Source: an uncultured Candidatus Rokubacteria bacterium (GTDB taxonomy: Bacteria > Methylomirabilota > Methylomirabilia > Rokubacteriales > CSP1-6). Taken from it: a stretch of DNA of 64,000 nucleotides. The position numbers and the translations under genes were made by a program. The notes below the pieces were generated by a model. The model was not told where the DNA came from. It did not search any database and worked only from the letters and a program-made list of their open reading frames with translations. Each line of letters opens with the position of its first letter. The stretch's first letter is position 1. Of the stretch, positions 43,281-52,981 are shown one piece after another. The DNA lies in assembly GCA_963789955.1 (NCBI GenBank), contig CAWBMV010000006.1, positions 32,001 through 96,000 on the forward strand. Reading direction: 5' to 3'.

Positions 43281-44648
43281 TCAGTCGGGCAGGGTCACCG
43301 GGTAGTGGCTCAGCACGGCGTAGATCTCGCGCTTCATCTCCTCGATCTCTCGATCGGTCCGGGCCTCGAAGCGGAGGGTCAGATACGGGTTCGTGTTCGA
43401 GGCGCGCACGAGTCCCCAGCCGCGTCCTGGAAAGATCACCCGGGCGCCGTCGGTGTCGATCGTCTCGTACCGCTGCTTGAGCTCCTGCGTGACTTGCTCG
43501 ACGACCCGGAACTTCTCGCCGTCGGCGCACGGCGCCTTGAGCTCGGGTGTCGTGCGCAGGTGCGGAATCGACGCGAAGATGCGCGAGAGCGACTCCGTCG
43601 CCCCGGCGGTGAGCTCGATGATCTTGCACGAGGCCAGGATGCCGTCGTCGACGCCGTAGTAGTTCTCGGCGAAGAACATGTGGCCGCTCACCTCGCCGCC
43701 GAGCAGGATGTGATCGTCGCGCATCTTGCGCTTCAGGTGCGAGTGGCCGGTCTTCCACATGATGGGCACGCCGCCGTGCTGCCGGATGTCGTCGACGAGC
43801 GCCTGCGAAGACTTCACGTCGAAGACGATCTTGGCGCCGGGATGGCGGGTGAGCAGATCACGGGCGAGCAGGATCAGGATCAGGTCGGCCTCGTGGCGCT
43901 GGCCGCGCTCGTCGATGACCCCGACGCGATCGGCGTCGCCGTCGTAGGCGATCCCGATATCGGCGCCGATCTCGAGAACCTTGGCCTTCAGATCCTCGAC
44001 GTTGCGCTCGTCCTCGGGGTCGGGCAGGTGATTCGGAAAGCTCCCGTCCGACTCGCAGTAGAGCTCGGTGACCTCGCAGCCGATCCGGCGCAGGAGCTCG
44101 GGGCCGTAGATCCCGGCCACGCCGTTGCCGGCGTCGACCACGACCTTCAACCGCCGGGTCGGGCGGACGATCCGCGAGATCGTGTCGAAGTAGTCCTCGC
44201 GCGGGCTGCGCTCGCTCAGGCCGCCGTTTCCGCTCTCGTAGTCCCCGCGCTCGATCGTCCTGAGGAGCGCCTGGATCTCGTCCTCGGAGAGCGGCGCCGC
44301 GCCGGGGTGGACCATCTTCACGCCGTTGTACTCGATCGGGTTGTGGCTGCCGGTGATGTTGGCGCCGCCGTCGAGCTTCCAGTGTGCCGTCGCGAAGTAG
44401 AGGATCGGCGTGGTGGACGGGCCGATGTCGACCACGTCGATGCCGGCCGCGCGCACGCCCTCCACGAAGCCGAGCTTGAGATCGTTCGACGACAGGCGAT
44501 TGTCCCGACCGACCGCGATGCGGCGGCCGCCGTTGCGACGAATCAGGGTCGCATAGGCGCGTCCGACCTGGCGGAAGACGTCGGGGTTGATGTCGCTGCC
44601 GACGAGCCCGCGCACATCGTAGGCGCGGAACACGTGCGGGTTCAACAT
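43281..44648 (-). CDS. Phosphomannomutase/phosphoglucomutase (AlgC-like)
   Basis: FRAYDVRG, ITGSHNP, DGDADR, GEVSGH and LVRASNT. Confidence 0.93.
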   Translation of the reverse strand: MLNPHVFRAYDVRGLVGSDINPDVFRQVGRAYATLIRRNGGRRIAVGRDNRLSSNDLKLGFVEGVRAAGIDVVDIGPSTTPILYFATAHWKLDGGANITGSHNPIEYNGVKMVHPGAAPLSEDEIQALLRTIERGDYESGNGGLSERSPREDYFDTISRIVRPTRRLKVVVDAGNGVAGIYGPELLRRIGCEVTELYCESDGSFPNHLPDPEDERNVEDLKAKVLEIGADIGIAYDGDADRVGVIDERGQRHEADLILILLARDLLTRHPGAKIVFDVKSSQALVDDIRQHGGVPIMWKTGHSHLKRKMRDDHILLGGEVSGHMFFAENYYGVDDGILASCKIIELTAGATESLSRIFASIPHLRTTPELKAPCADGEKFRVVEQVTQELKQRYETIDTDGARVIFPGRGWGLVRASNTNPYLTLRFEARTDREIEEMKREIYAVLSHYPVTLPD

Positions 44649-44748
44649 TGTGCGGTCCTCTCGGCTACGTTATTGTGACGGCGCGACGCGCCGCCGGAAT
44701 GGCAGCGTATCATCCGCGGCGACTCTCGAAAGGTCTCAAGGAGATCCC

Positions 44749-45165
44749 ATGGCGCTGATGGACGATGCCGGGCTGAAAGCCCTCACGAAGAAGACGAGCC
44801 AGAAGCTCTTCAGCAGCTTGAAGGGCGGCTCTGGATTCGAGACGTGGAAACGATTCGACAAGGGGCTCGCGCGCGAGCTCTCGCTGTTCTTCACCGGGGT
44901 GCTCTACAGCCGGGAGGTCATCTCCCAGAAGCAGCGGGAGCTCTGCGCGGTCGGCGCGCTCACCGCGCTCCATCGGCCCAACGAGGTGCGCGCGCACATC
45001 CACGCGGCGCTCAACGTCGGCGCCACCCGCCAGGAAGTGGCGGAGGTGATCTTCCAGATGGTCACCTACGGCGGCATGCCGGTCGTGGTCGACGCGCTCG
45101 AGGTGTACGGGCAGGTGCTGGCCGAGCGCGGCGAGCCCTTCCCGGGGGAAGAGCCCGCGCGGTGA
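44749..45165 (+). CDS. Carboxymuconolactone decarboxylase family protein
   Basis: RELCAVGALTAL, AHIHAALNVGAT and YGGMP. Confidence 0.85.
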   Translation: MALMDDAGLKALTKKTSQKLFSSLKGGSGFETWKRFDKGLARELSLFFTGVLYSREVISQKQRELCAVGALTALHRPNEVRAHIHAALNVGATRQEVAEVIFQMVTYGGMPVVVDALEVYGQVLAERGEPFPGEEPAR

Positions 45166-45935
45166 GCGACGCGGCGCTGGCGGCCGCCGTCGACGCCGCC
45201 CGGGCGGCCGGGCGCGTCGCGCTGAAGTACTATCACGGCGGCTTCGAGATCGTCCTGAAGCCGGACGCGACGCCGGTGACGCAGGCCGACCGGGAGGCCG
45301 AGCGGACCATCGTCGAGATCCTCGGGCGGACGTTCCCGGAGCACGGGTTCCTCGGCGAGGAGTTCGGAAGCTCCGGGAAGACCGACACGCGGTGGATCAT
45401 CGATCCCATCGACGGCACGAAGAACTTCGTCCGCCACATCCCGATCTGGGCGACGTTGATCGCGCTCGAGGAGCACGGCGAGATCACGGTCGGCGTCATC
45501 CACAATCCGGTGACCGGCGATCTCTACACCGCGCGCCGGGGCGGCGGCGCGTTCCTGAACGGCGAGCGCATCCGCATCTCGGGCGAAGGCGACATGAGCC
45601 AGGCCTATCTGCTGCACGCCGGGCTGCGCGGCGCGCGGACGACGCGGTACTGGGACGGGTTCATGCGGCTCGTGGACGCGACCGACCGGCAGCGCGGCTT
45701 CGGCGACTACATCGGCTACTGCCTGATCGCCGAGGGCAAGGCCGAGGTCTACGCCGAGATCTACCCGGAGGGCTCGGGACTCAAGCCCTGGGACCTGGCC
45801 CCGTGCAAGATCCTCGTCGAGGAGGCGGGCGGCCGGTTCACCGATCTCGAGGGCCGTCCGACGATCTACTCGAGCTCGGCGCTGGCCACGAACGGACGCC
45901 TCCACGATGCCGCGGTGGCGCTGCTCCGGCCCTGA
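45162..45935 (+). CDS. Inositol monophosphatase family protein (histidinol-phosphatase HisN-like)
   Basis: PVTQADREAE, GEEFG, WIIDPIDGTKNF and WDLAP..EEAGGRFT. Confidence 0.88.
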   Translation: MSDAALAAAVDAARAAGRVALKYYHGGFEIVLKPDATPVTQADREAERTIVEILGRTFPEHGFLGEEFGSSGKTDTRWIIDPIDGTKNFVRHIPIWATLIALEEHGEITVGVIHNPVTGDLYTARRGGGAFLNGERIRISGEGDMSQAYLLHAGLRGARTTRYWDGFMRLVDATDRQRGFGDYIGYCLIAEGKAEVYAEIYPEGSGLKPWDLAPCKILVEEAGGRFTDLEGRPTIYSSSALATNGRLHDAAVALLRP

Positions 45936-46867
45936 CACTCGCGATTCATCCCGGCGCCCTGGGCGACGTGCTCCTCGCGATCCCTGCGCTTCGCGTCCTG
46001 CGGCGCACCCGGCCTCGTGACACGCTGGTCGTGGCGGCGCAGCCGCGGATCGGCCGGCTCCTCGAAATCCTGGGTGTTGTCGATCGCTCGATCGACTTCG
46101 AGACGCTCGGGCTCGATGCCCTCTTTCAGGATGACCCGGACGGGCGGGACGGGGAATGGCCGGCGCGCTGTGCGGAGGATCTACGGCGGGCCACGCGCGT
46201 GGTCGCGTGGGTCGGCTCGCGCGAGCCGCGATTCGTGAAGCGGCTCATCGGGCTCGTGCCGGGCTCCGTCGTGGCGCCGTCCGTGAGCGCCGGGCGCCTG
46301 GTCTGGGAGCACCTCGTGGAGAGTACGGGCGAGCGCAGCGGCGATCATTCGATTCGCGCGGCGGTTCGCGTGCCGGCAGCGCTCGCGGACGAGGCGCGAC
46401 GCGAGCTGCGCCATCATGGCTGGAACGGAAGCGACCGCCTGCTGTTCGTGCATCCCGGATCGGGCGGGCGAGGCAAACGATGGGCCGCGACGGGCTTCGC
46501 CGCCGTGCTCGAGCGAGTCGCGCCGCTGCCGCGTCTCGCGGTCGTCGTCCATCAAGGACCGGCAGATGCCGAGGCCGTGGCGGCGCTCCCGGAGCGTCTG
46601 ACCGCTCGCGCGATCAGTCTCCGGGAGCCACCGCTACCGCTTCTAGCCGGGATGCTGACCCACGCGGCCGCCTACCTCGGAAACGATTCGGGGATCAGCC
46701 ATCTGGCCGCGACGGTCGGTGTCCCTTCGATCGTGCTCTTCGGCGCCGACCAGCTGGGCTGGCGACCGTGGGCCGAGCACGTCGAGCCGCTGGTCGTCTC
46801 GCTGACGGGGACGGATGACTCCGACACCGCACGAGTCATGACGCAGCTGACGACGTTACTCCGGTGA
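45932..46867 (+). CDS. Glycosyltransferase family 9 (heptosyltransferase-like); start uncertain
   Basis: HPGALGDVLL, HPGSGGRGKRW and YLGNDSGISHLAA..PSIVLFG. Confidence 0.85.
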   Translation: MTLAIHPGALGDVLLAIPALRVLRRTRPRDTLVVAAQPRIGRLLEILGVVDRSIDFETLGLDALFQDDPDGRDGEWPARCAEDLRRATRVVAWVGSREPRFVKRLIGLVPGSVVAPSVSAGRLVWEHLVESTGERSGDHSIRAAVRVPAALADEARRELRHHGWNGSDRLLFVHPGSGGRGKRWAATGFAAVLERVAPLPRLAVVVHQGPADAEAVAALPERLTARAISLREPPLPLLAGMLTHAAAYLGNDSGISHLAATVGVPSIVLFGADQLGWRPWAEHVEPLVVSLTGTDDSDTARVMTQLTTLLR

Positions 46868-47022
46868 GACCACGGGGCACGATCCTCGCGGCGAGTGTCC
46901 TCATCGCCGCCGGCTTCGCCGTGGCGGTCGTCGAGATGCTACGGCTCCCGAAGGGAACGATCTGGATCGTCGTGGCCGTCGCGGTGGCGGCCCTGGCGAT
47001 CATCCGTGCCGCGACGCGCTGA
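46864..47022 (+). CDS. Small two-TM membrane protein (52 aa, not in the ORF track)
   Basis: GTGA overlap with the GT9 stop; MRPRGTILAASVLIAAGFAVAVVEMLRLPKGTIWIVVAVAVAALAIIRAATR. Confidence 0.55.
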   Translation: MRPRGTILAASVLIAAGFAVAVVEMLRLPKGTIWIVVAVAVAALAIIRAATR

Positions 47023-47037
47023 GCGTCGGCGCGGCCT

Positions 47038-47199
47038 CTAGAAGAACTCGCTCGGCGGATCCGACTCCTCGTTGCCGCGATCGTCCGGGGACGGATCGGG
47101 CTCCGAGCCGTCCGTCAGCTGAAAGCGAGCGAGCACCTCCTCCTCCAGGTTGGGCTCTCCCCTGATGGCCAGGTCGAACCAGAGGTCCATATGCTGCAT
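47038..47199 (-). CDS. Small acidic hypothetical protein
   Basis: MQHMDLWFDLAIRGEPNLEEEVLARF...SEFF, after a GGAGG SD and a sigma-54-like promoter. Confidence 0.5.
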   Translation of the reverse strand: MQHMDLWFDLAIRGEPNLEEEVLARFQLTDGSEPDPSPDDRGNEESDPPSEFF

Positions 47200-47260
47200 T
47201 TCAATTTGCCTCCGGGCGCCTTGCACCCTGTTCGGTCATCTCCATCTGCACGGCTCCCTA

Positions 47261-47276
47261 CGCAGGAGTCGTGCCC
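47261..47276 (-). promoter_or_regulatory. Putative sigma-54 promoter
   Basis: Minus strand GGGCACGACTCCTGCG has the GGCACG core and GG-N10-GC spacing. Confidence 0.5.
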
Positions 47277-47389
47277 ATTGGAGAGTTTCGAAGAATCAGA
47301 GGCTTGGACGTCGGCGCGATCGATCGGGCAGGGCACAATTCCGGAAGCTCTCGGGAAAGATGCCCGATGAGCTCGGGAGATTTCGGGGA

Positions 47390-48421
47390 TCAGCGAGGGC
47401 GCGTGAGGTCCTCGAACGGCCCGGAGATGCGAAGCACCTCGTTCACGGGCCACGTGCCTGCCTTGATCGCGATGACGAAGAGATCGCCGGCCATGCCGGC
47501 GCGTCGCGCCTCCGGCGTGGCCGGCGCGAAGACCAGGGCCCGCGGTACGTCTCCGTCGGTGAAGCTGGCGAATTCGATCCGCTTGCCGTCCGGCGTGAGG
47601 ATGAAGATCTGCTTCTCGTTGCGATCGGCCACGAACACGGTGCCTCCGGGGCCGACGCCGAGCGCGGCGACCACAGGCCCGCGGTGGACGACCTCGGACG
47701 CGCCCTGCGGCGAGACGCGTACGATCTCGCCGGGACCCTGCTGATAGGGCGCTTCGGCGCTGCCGTCGCTGCCGATCCACAGCTGATCGCGCTCGTCGAT
47801 CGCAAGCAGGCGTGGACGCGCGAGCTTCACGAATGCTGGATTGAGCAGACGGCCCTCGGGATCGAGGCGGACGATGACGCCCTCGGCGCGATCCGCGACG
47901 TAGAGATTTCCCGCCGAGTCGACGGCCGACGCTTCAGGCTGTCTCAGAACCGGTCGAGCGCCCCGCTCGGGCGTACCGCCCGCGAACAGCTCGGCCCGTC
48001 CGTCGACCACGCGATAGAGCGCGCCGACCTTCCGCTCACGATCGAACGTCGTCACGAAGAGCTCGCGCCCGCGCCGGGTCGCGCCGACTTGCGGGTTGAG
48101 CAGCGGCGGCCCGTAGAAGTACCGCGCCTCGACGTCGGGGCTCAGCCGCGCGCCGCCGGCGGGGATCCGATAGATCGGCCAGAGGTCGTAGGCTTCGCCC
48201 CCGACATAGCGCCGTCCGGTGCGGGCCAGGTAGAGCGATCCGGCCTGATCGAACGTGAGCGTGGAGGTGGCCGGGATGCCGCGGATGCCGCGCGTGGCGT
48301 CGGTGTCGAAGCCCTCGCCGGTCACGTAGGTCTGGGCGGTGAATCCGGTCGGCAACCTGAGCTCGGCCGCCGCCGGCAGCGGCAGCAGCAACACGATGAG
48401 CGCGCAGAGTCGGGTGATCAT
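47390..48421 (-). CDS. Secreted NHL/SMP-30-like beta-propeller protein
   Basis: Signal peptide; repeats AVDSAGNLYVAD, AIDERDQLWIG and GVGPGGTVFVAD. Confidence 0.75.
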   Translation of the reverse strand: MITRLCALIVLLLPLPAAAELRLPTGFTAQTYVTGEGFDTDATRGIRGIPATSTLTFDQAGSLYLARTGRRYVGGEAYDLWPIYRIPAGGARLSPDVEARYFYGPPLLNPQVGATRRGRELFVTTFDRERKVGALYRVVDGRAELFAGGTPERGARPVLRQPEASAVDSAGNLYVADRAEGVIVRLDPEGRLLNPAFVKLARPRLLAIDERDQLWIGSDGSAEAPYQQGPGEIVRVSPQGASEVVHRGPVVAALGVGPGGTVFVADRNEKQIFILTPDGKRIEFASFTDGDVPRALVFAPATPEARRAGMAGDLFVIAIKAGTWPVNEVLRISGPFEDLTRPR

Positions 48422-49485
48422 CGCGACGGCCGCTTCCAGATGTCGCGGTCGTGCATCAGCCGGATCTGTCGCCGGATGACCTTCTCGCGATACTCCGCGT
48501 GCTTCATGGGCGCGCGCTTCAGATAGAGATTCTTCGGGTAGATCGGCCGCTCGTAGAGAATCTGGTAGAGCTCGGTTCTCAGATCTTTCATCCAGTTGTC
48601 CCACTGCGCCCGGGCCCGATGATCGCGCAGCGCCTCGATGTCGATGACGCCCCCGACATAGGTCGAGCCGGCGCCGTAGTCCTGCCGGCCGACGATGCGG
48701 CCCTTGTAGTCGATGATAAAGGACCGGCCGCCGAACGTATCGATCGGCGTCGATTCCTCCGGGAACAGGTAGTACGTGCCCATGTTCGGCGCGACGAGGT
48801 ACATGTTGTTGTCGAGCGCCCGGGCTCGGCTCTGGATCTCGAAGATGTCGTTGCCGGTCGCCGGATGCGGATAGGAGGCGCGATACACGACCTCGGCGCC
48901 GTTCAGCGCCAGCGCCCGCGCGTTCTCCGGATACGAGCCCTCGTTCGCCATCATGATGCCCATGCGCCCGATCTCGGTGTCGACGACCGGCCAGAACGCG
49001 TCGAGCGTCTTGCCGTACTTCTCGACCCACCAGTCGTAGACGTCGTGGGGACAGACCGAGTGCTCCACCGGAAACAGCGGCGAGACCTTGTAATGCTTCA
49101 GGATCACCCGGCCTCGCGGGTTGATGATGAACCCGACGTTGAAGTAGCGGTCCTTGAGGTCGGGGTGCCTCGCCTTGGCCTGCGCCATGACGAACGCGTT
49201 GTACTCCTTCGCGATCTTGCCGAGGGCCTCGGTCTCTTCGCCGGGAATGTCGATCGCGCACTCGCGCGCGAACGTCACGTGGTCGAGGTCGAGCACCTCG
49301 TCGTTGAACGCCTGGAGCGCCCCCTCGGGAAACGCGATCAGCCGCACCGGAATATCGAGGCTGGAGAGCCACGACGCCGCCTTCACCAGGTGCGAGAGGT
49401 GCTCGAGGTTGATCTTGATGTCCCCGCGCTTGCGGATGCCGCGGACGGTGGGGATCAGGCCGACGGCGGTGTACGGTTTGATCAT
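48418..49485 (-). CDS. Nitrilase-superfamily carbon-nitrogen hydrolase with an atypical nucleophile position
   Basis: LIAFPEG, YFNVGFIINP..HYK, GRMGIMMANEGSYPE, ARALDN and GGRSFIIDYKG. Confidence 0.85.
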   Translation of the reverse strand: MIKPYTAVGLIPTVRGIRKRGDIKINLEHLSHLVKAASWLSSLDIPVRLIAFPEGALQAFNDEVLDLDHVTFARECAIDIPGEETEALGKIAKEYNAFVMAQAKARHPDLKDRYFNVGFIINPRGRVILKHYKVSPLFPVEHSVCPHDVYDWWVEKYGKTLDAFWPVVDTEIGRMGIMMANEGSYPENARALALNGAEVVYRASYPHPATGNDIFEIQSRARALDNNMYLVAPNMGTYYLFPEESTPIDTFGGRSFIIDYKGRIVGRQDYGAGSTYVGGVIDIEALRDHRARAQWDNWMKDLRTELYQILYERPIYPKNLYLKRAPMKHAEYREKVIRRQIRLMHDRDIWKRPSR

Positions 49486-49496
49486 TCGCTCGCTCC

Positions 49497-50762
49497 TCAG
49501 CGGCTGGTGATACGGGTAACTTCGCGAACGCGGTCGTCGTCGATCTCGATCGCCACCTCTGTGGTGCACGTTGCCGTTGGCGCTGCGATACACGCAAGGT
49601 GCGCCGGCCCGGGGGCGTCACGCGCTCGTGCTCCTCGTCGGGGCGCCCGAAGCGGGAGACGACCTCGTCGTAGCGCGTCCCGACGCGGGATCAGGCGTCA
49701 CGAGCGACTCGCGCGACGGCACGCCGCCGGTGACCGTGGCGCGCCGGTCCTGCGAATCGGCGCCGCGCGCGGCGTCGACGGCGGATCCGGCGGCCCACGT
49801 CCGTGCTCAGCATGAAGACGCCGCCCAGATTCGTGGCCAACAAGATCAGTGCCGAGATCACGATCGGGCGCCAGTTGATACGCCCGGTGAAGTAGTGGTA
49901 CTGCACGCGCAGGCTCTGGGCGGCGACGTCTTGAGAAGGCAGGAGCGTCAGGGCCACGACCTCACCGCCCGCGCGCACGCGGCTCTGGCGGCGGACGGCC
50001 GACGCCGGCGCGATCTCCTCGATCTTGAGATGGTCCGAGTCGCCGAAGTTCGCGATGACCAGCGAGTAGTCACGCGCCAGACGCACGATCCGGTCGCGGC
50101 GCTCGTAGTAGAGCGCGAACAGCCCGAGCACCGGCGGGCCCAGATCCCCGAAGCCCGGCGATGAGCACCTGGCGCGGACCCCAGAAGAGATCTTCCAGCC
50201 ACGTCCCGGCCTTCTGCGCCAGGAGACCACGAAGCGGCAGCACCAGGGTCACGATCGCGAGCTGATCGGCCAGGCGCGGCGTCCAGGGGATCTTGATGTA
50301 CGTCACGATGCCGGCCTGTGTCCCGGGCCGGGTGAAGTTCACATACGAGGGCGTGACCGGGAGCGGCTCGCCGAGCACCGCCGTGCCGAGCTGCAGACGG
50401 TCGCGGCTTCTGAGCAGGAGCCGCCCGCTGTTCACGACGGCGAGACCCCGGCGCTCGACCTCGCGCACGAGCTGCGGCTCCGCGGCCCCGGGTGCCGTGG
50501 CCTCGGTGATCTCCGCGGGCCACAGGAGAAACAGGTCCTGCGCGATGTCCGTCTTGCTCGTGACCGGCCCCGTCGTGAGACTCCACGAGAGATTCACGAT
50601 GACGGTCGGCTGGCCCGGGGTCACGTTCGCGACGACGAAGAGCGGCCCGATCGTGAAGTCGGGATGCGGTTGCGAGGCGAGGAAGACCTGACCGTGGCCC
50701 GGCGCCGGCAGGGCCATCGCCGCGCAGAGGAGGGCGGCGATCGCCGTGCACGATTTGATCAT
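49497..50762 (-). CDS. Hypothetical exported/membrane-anchored protein; frameshifted
   Basis: Signal peptide (ORF 50070..50762) continues in 49691..50230 with a TM (PIVISALILLATNLGG) followed by an Arg-rich segment. Confidence 0.6.
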
Positions 50763-50866
50763 GTCGCGCTCCTCTGCTAAGGTCCGGCTGCGCCGCCGGC
50801 CAGATCGAGACTGTGAACAGTTAGCACACTTTTTTCCGCCGCGTACAAGGAGCCCCGAGAGCCATC

Positions 50867-51874
50867 ATGAGTGCCATGCCGGTCGGCGTCAGCGTGATGC
50901 CGCTCGACAACCGCCGCGACACGCTCATCGGCGTCGCGATGACCGCCGAGCGGCTGGGGTTCGACGCCTACTTCTTGCCGGAGACGTGGGCGCACGACAT
51001 CACCGTGTTGATGGCGGAGGCGTCCATTCGCACCCGGCACCTCTTGCTGGGCACGGGCATCCTGGGTGTCTGGGGTCGCAGCGCCGGCACGCTCGCGATG
51101 GCCGCCGCGAGCCTCTCCGAGGTGTCGTCCGGGCGCTTCGTCCTGGGGCTCGGCGCCAGCACCCCGCAGCTGACCGAAGGCCTGCACGACGTCCCGTTCG
51201 TCGCGCCGCTCGCGCGGATGCGCCGCACGGTGACGCAGGTGCGAGCGCTGCTGGGCGGCGAGCGCGTGCCGCTCGCGGTCGCGACCGGCGCGCGGCCGCT
51301 CAAGCTCAACCTGGCTGCTTCGAGCGCGGTGCCGATCTTCCTCGCGGCGCTCACGGACGAATCCGTCCGACTCGCCGGCGAGCTGGCGGACGGCTGGCTC
51401 CCGTTCCTCTATCCCCGCCGGTGTCTCGCGCAGGGGCGGGAGCTCTTGCGCGAGGGCGCCGCGCGCTCGGGCGACCCCGCCCGGCGCGTGTCGGTCTATC
51501 CGACGGTCCCGACGGTGGTGTCCGACGATCCGGCCGAAGCCCGGGCCGGCGCCGCGTGGTTCGTCTCGTTCTACCTCACGACGATGGGGCCGCTCTACCG
51601 CCGGTCGCTCGCGCGTCAGGGATTCAGCCGCGAGATCGACGCGGTGATCGGCGCCAACAGCCCCAAGTTCACGGGTGAAGTTCCGCGCGAGGCCGACAGC
51701 CTGCTCGAGGAGCTGACGGCATTCGGCGCGCCCGCGGAGGCGCGTGAGCGCCTCGCGCAGTGGCACGCCGCCGGCGCCGACATGCCGATGGTCTTCCTGC
51801 GCCCGAACCTGACACCCGAGCAGATCGAGCGCACGTTGGGCGCGTTCGGCCCGATGCTAGAATCGCGACCGTAG
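50867..51874 (+). CDS. LLM-class (luciferase-like) oxidoreductase
   Basis: AERLGFDAYFLPE, LGTGIL, SSGRFVLGLG and PIFLAAL..LAGELADGW. Confidence 0.88.
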   Translation: MSAMPVGVSVMPLDNRRDTLIGVAMTAERLGFDAYFLPETWAHDITVLMAEASIRTRHLLLGTGILGVWGRSAGTLAMAAASLSEVSSGRFVLGLGASTPQLTEGLHDVPFVAPLARMRRTVTQVRALLGGERVPLAVATGARPLKLNLAASSAVPIFLAALTDESVRLAGELADGWLPFLYPRRCLAQGRELLREGAARSGDPARRVSVYPTVPTVVSDDPAEARAGAAWFVSFYLTTMGPLYRRSLARQGFSREIDAVIGANSPKFTGEVPREADSLLEELTAFGAPAEARERLAQWHAAGADMPMVFLRPNLTPEQIERTLGAFGPMLESRP

Positions 51875-51895
51875 CGCGTATAAGCGGGAGGCACC

Positions 51896-52981
51896 GTGGA
51901 ACGTGGACAGTCGGCGGTGAGCGGGCGCGAACGGGTCGTCGCCGCGTACAAGGGCGGTTATGCCGATTGCGTGCCGGCCTATCCGATCGCGGGATCCTTC
52001 GCCGGATGCCTCGACGGGCTCTCGATCGAGGAGTACTGCACCGACCCCACCAAGGCGGTCCGCGCGATGCTCAACTACTACGAGCGCTACCAGCCGGACA
52101 TCATGGTGGCCTTCAACGACCTGGCCAAGGAAGCCGAGGCGGTCGGCTGTCGGGTGAAGTACTCGGACTACGTCGTCCCGTCGATCGACAAGCACGTGCT
52201 CCAGGACGACAAGGGCCTTCTCGCGCGCATGGAGATCCCCGATCCGAAGAAGGCCGGGCGGATTCCGGCGTTTCTCGAGCAGTGCGAGGCGCTCTCGGCG
52301 GCTCGGCTTCCGAGCGGGCTCGGCGCCGTGCTGGTCGGGCCGTGGACGATCGCGATGCTCCTGCGCAATCCCGAGATCATGTGCCTGGACACGATCGACG
52401 ATCCGGCGTTCGTCCACGACCTGATGCGCTTCAGCACCGAGTACGCCAAGCAGGTCGGCGACGCCGTGCTCGGCACGAAGATCGGCCTGAGCTACTCCGA
52501 TCCGACCGCCTCGTGCTCCCTGGTCGGGCCCGAGACCTACCGCGAGTTCATCAAGCCCTACCATCAAGATCTGGTGAACTACTTCCGCGCGAAGAAGGTC
52601 GGCACGACCGTCCACATCTGCGGCACGACCCACCAGATCCACGAGGACCTGGTCGACGTGGGCTTCGTCGCGATCACCATCGACCTCGATCAGCAGGGCG
52701 ATCCGGCGCTCAAGGTCGATCAGCTCGATCGCTTGATCACGCTCGGCAACCAGCGGAACGTCGTCGCGATCGGCAACGTCGACGTGACGATCTTCGAGCG
52801 CGCGACCAAGCAGCAGATCGAGGCCGAGGTGAAGCGCTGCATCGACACGGCCGGGAAGCGCTCACGCTTCGTGCTCTCGACCTCGTGCGAGCTGCCCCCA
52901 CGCGCCGATCCGGATTGCGTGAAGTGGATGATGGACGCCGCGCGGGAGTACGGTCGCTACGACCGCATTCTGTCGTCCTGA
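51896..52981 (+). CDS. Uroporphyrinogen decarboxylase-superfamily protein, MtaA/MtbA (MT2 methyltransferase)-like
   Basis: EAEAVGC, GRIP, GPWTIA, DPTAS, HICG, IGNVD and LSTSCELP. Confidence 0.85.
   Translation: MERGQSAVSGRERVVAAYKGGYADCVPAYPIAGSFAGCLDGLSIEEYCTDPTKAVRAMLNYYERYQPDIMVAFNDLAKEAEAVGCRVKYSDYVVPSIDKHVLQDDKGLLARMEIPDPKKAGRIPAFLEQCEALSAARLPSGLGAVLVGPWTIAMLLRNPEIMCLDTIDDPAFVHDLMRFSTEYAKQVGDAVLGTKIGLSYSDPTASCSLVGPETYREFIKPYHQDLVNYFRAKKVGTTVHICGTTHQIHEDLVDVGFVAITIDLDQQGDPALKVDQLDRLITLGNQRNVVAIGNVDVTIFERATKQQIEAEVKRCIDTAGKRSRFVLSTSCELPPRADPDCVKWMMDAAREYGRYDRILSS

Noticed and set aside
50810..50830. CRP-like site or ACTGT-GA-ACAGT palindrome
   Set aside because: The spacing does not fit TGTGA-N6-TCACA, the arms are short, and no cognate regulator is nearby.
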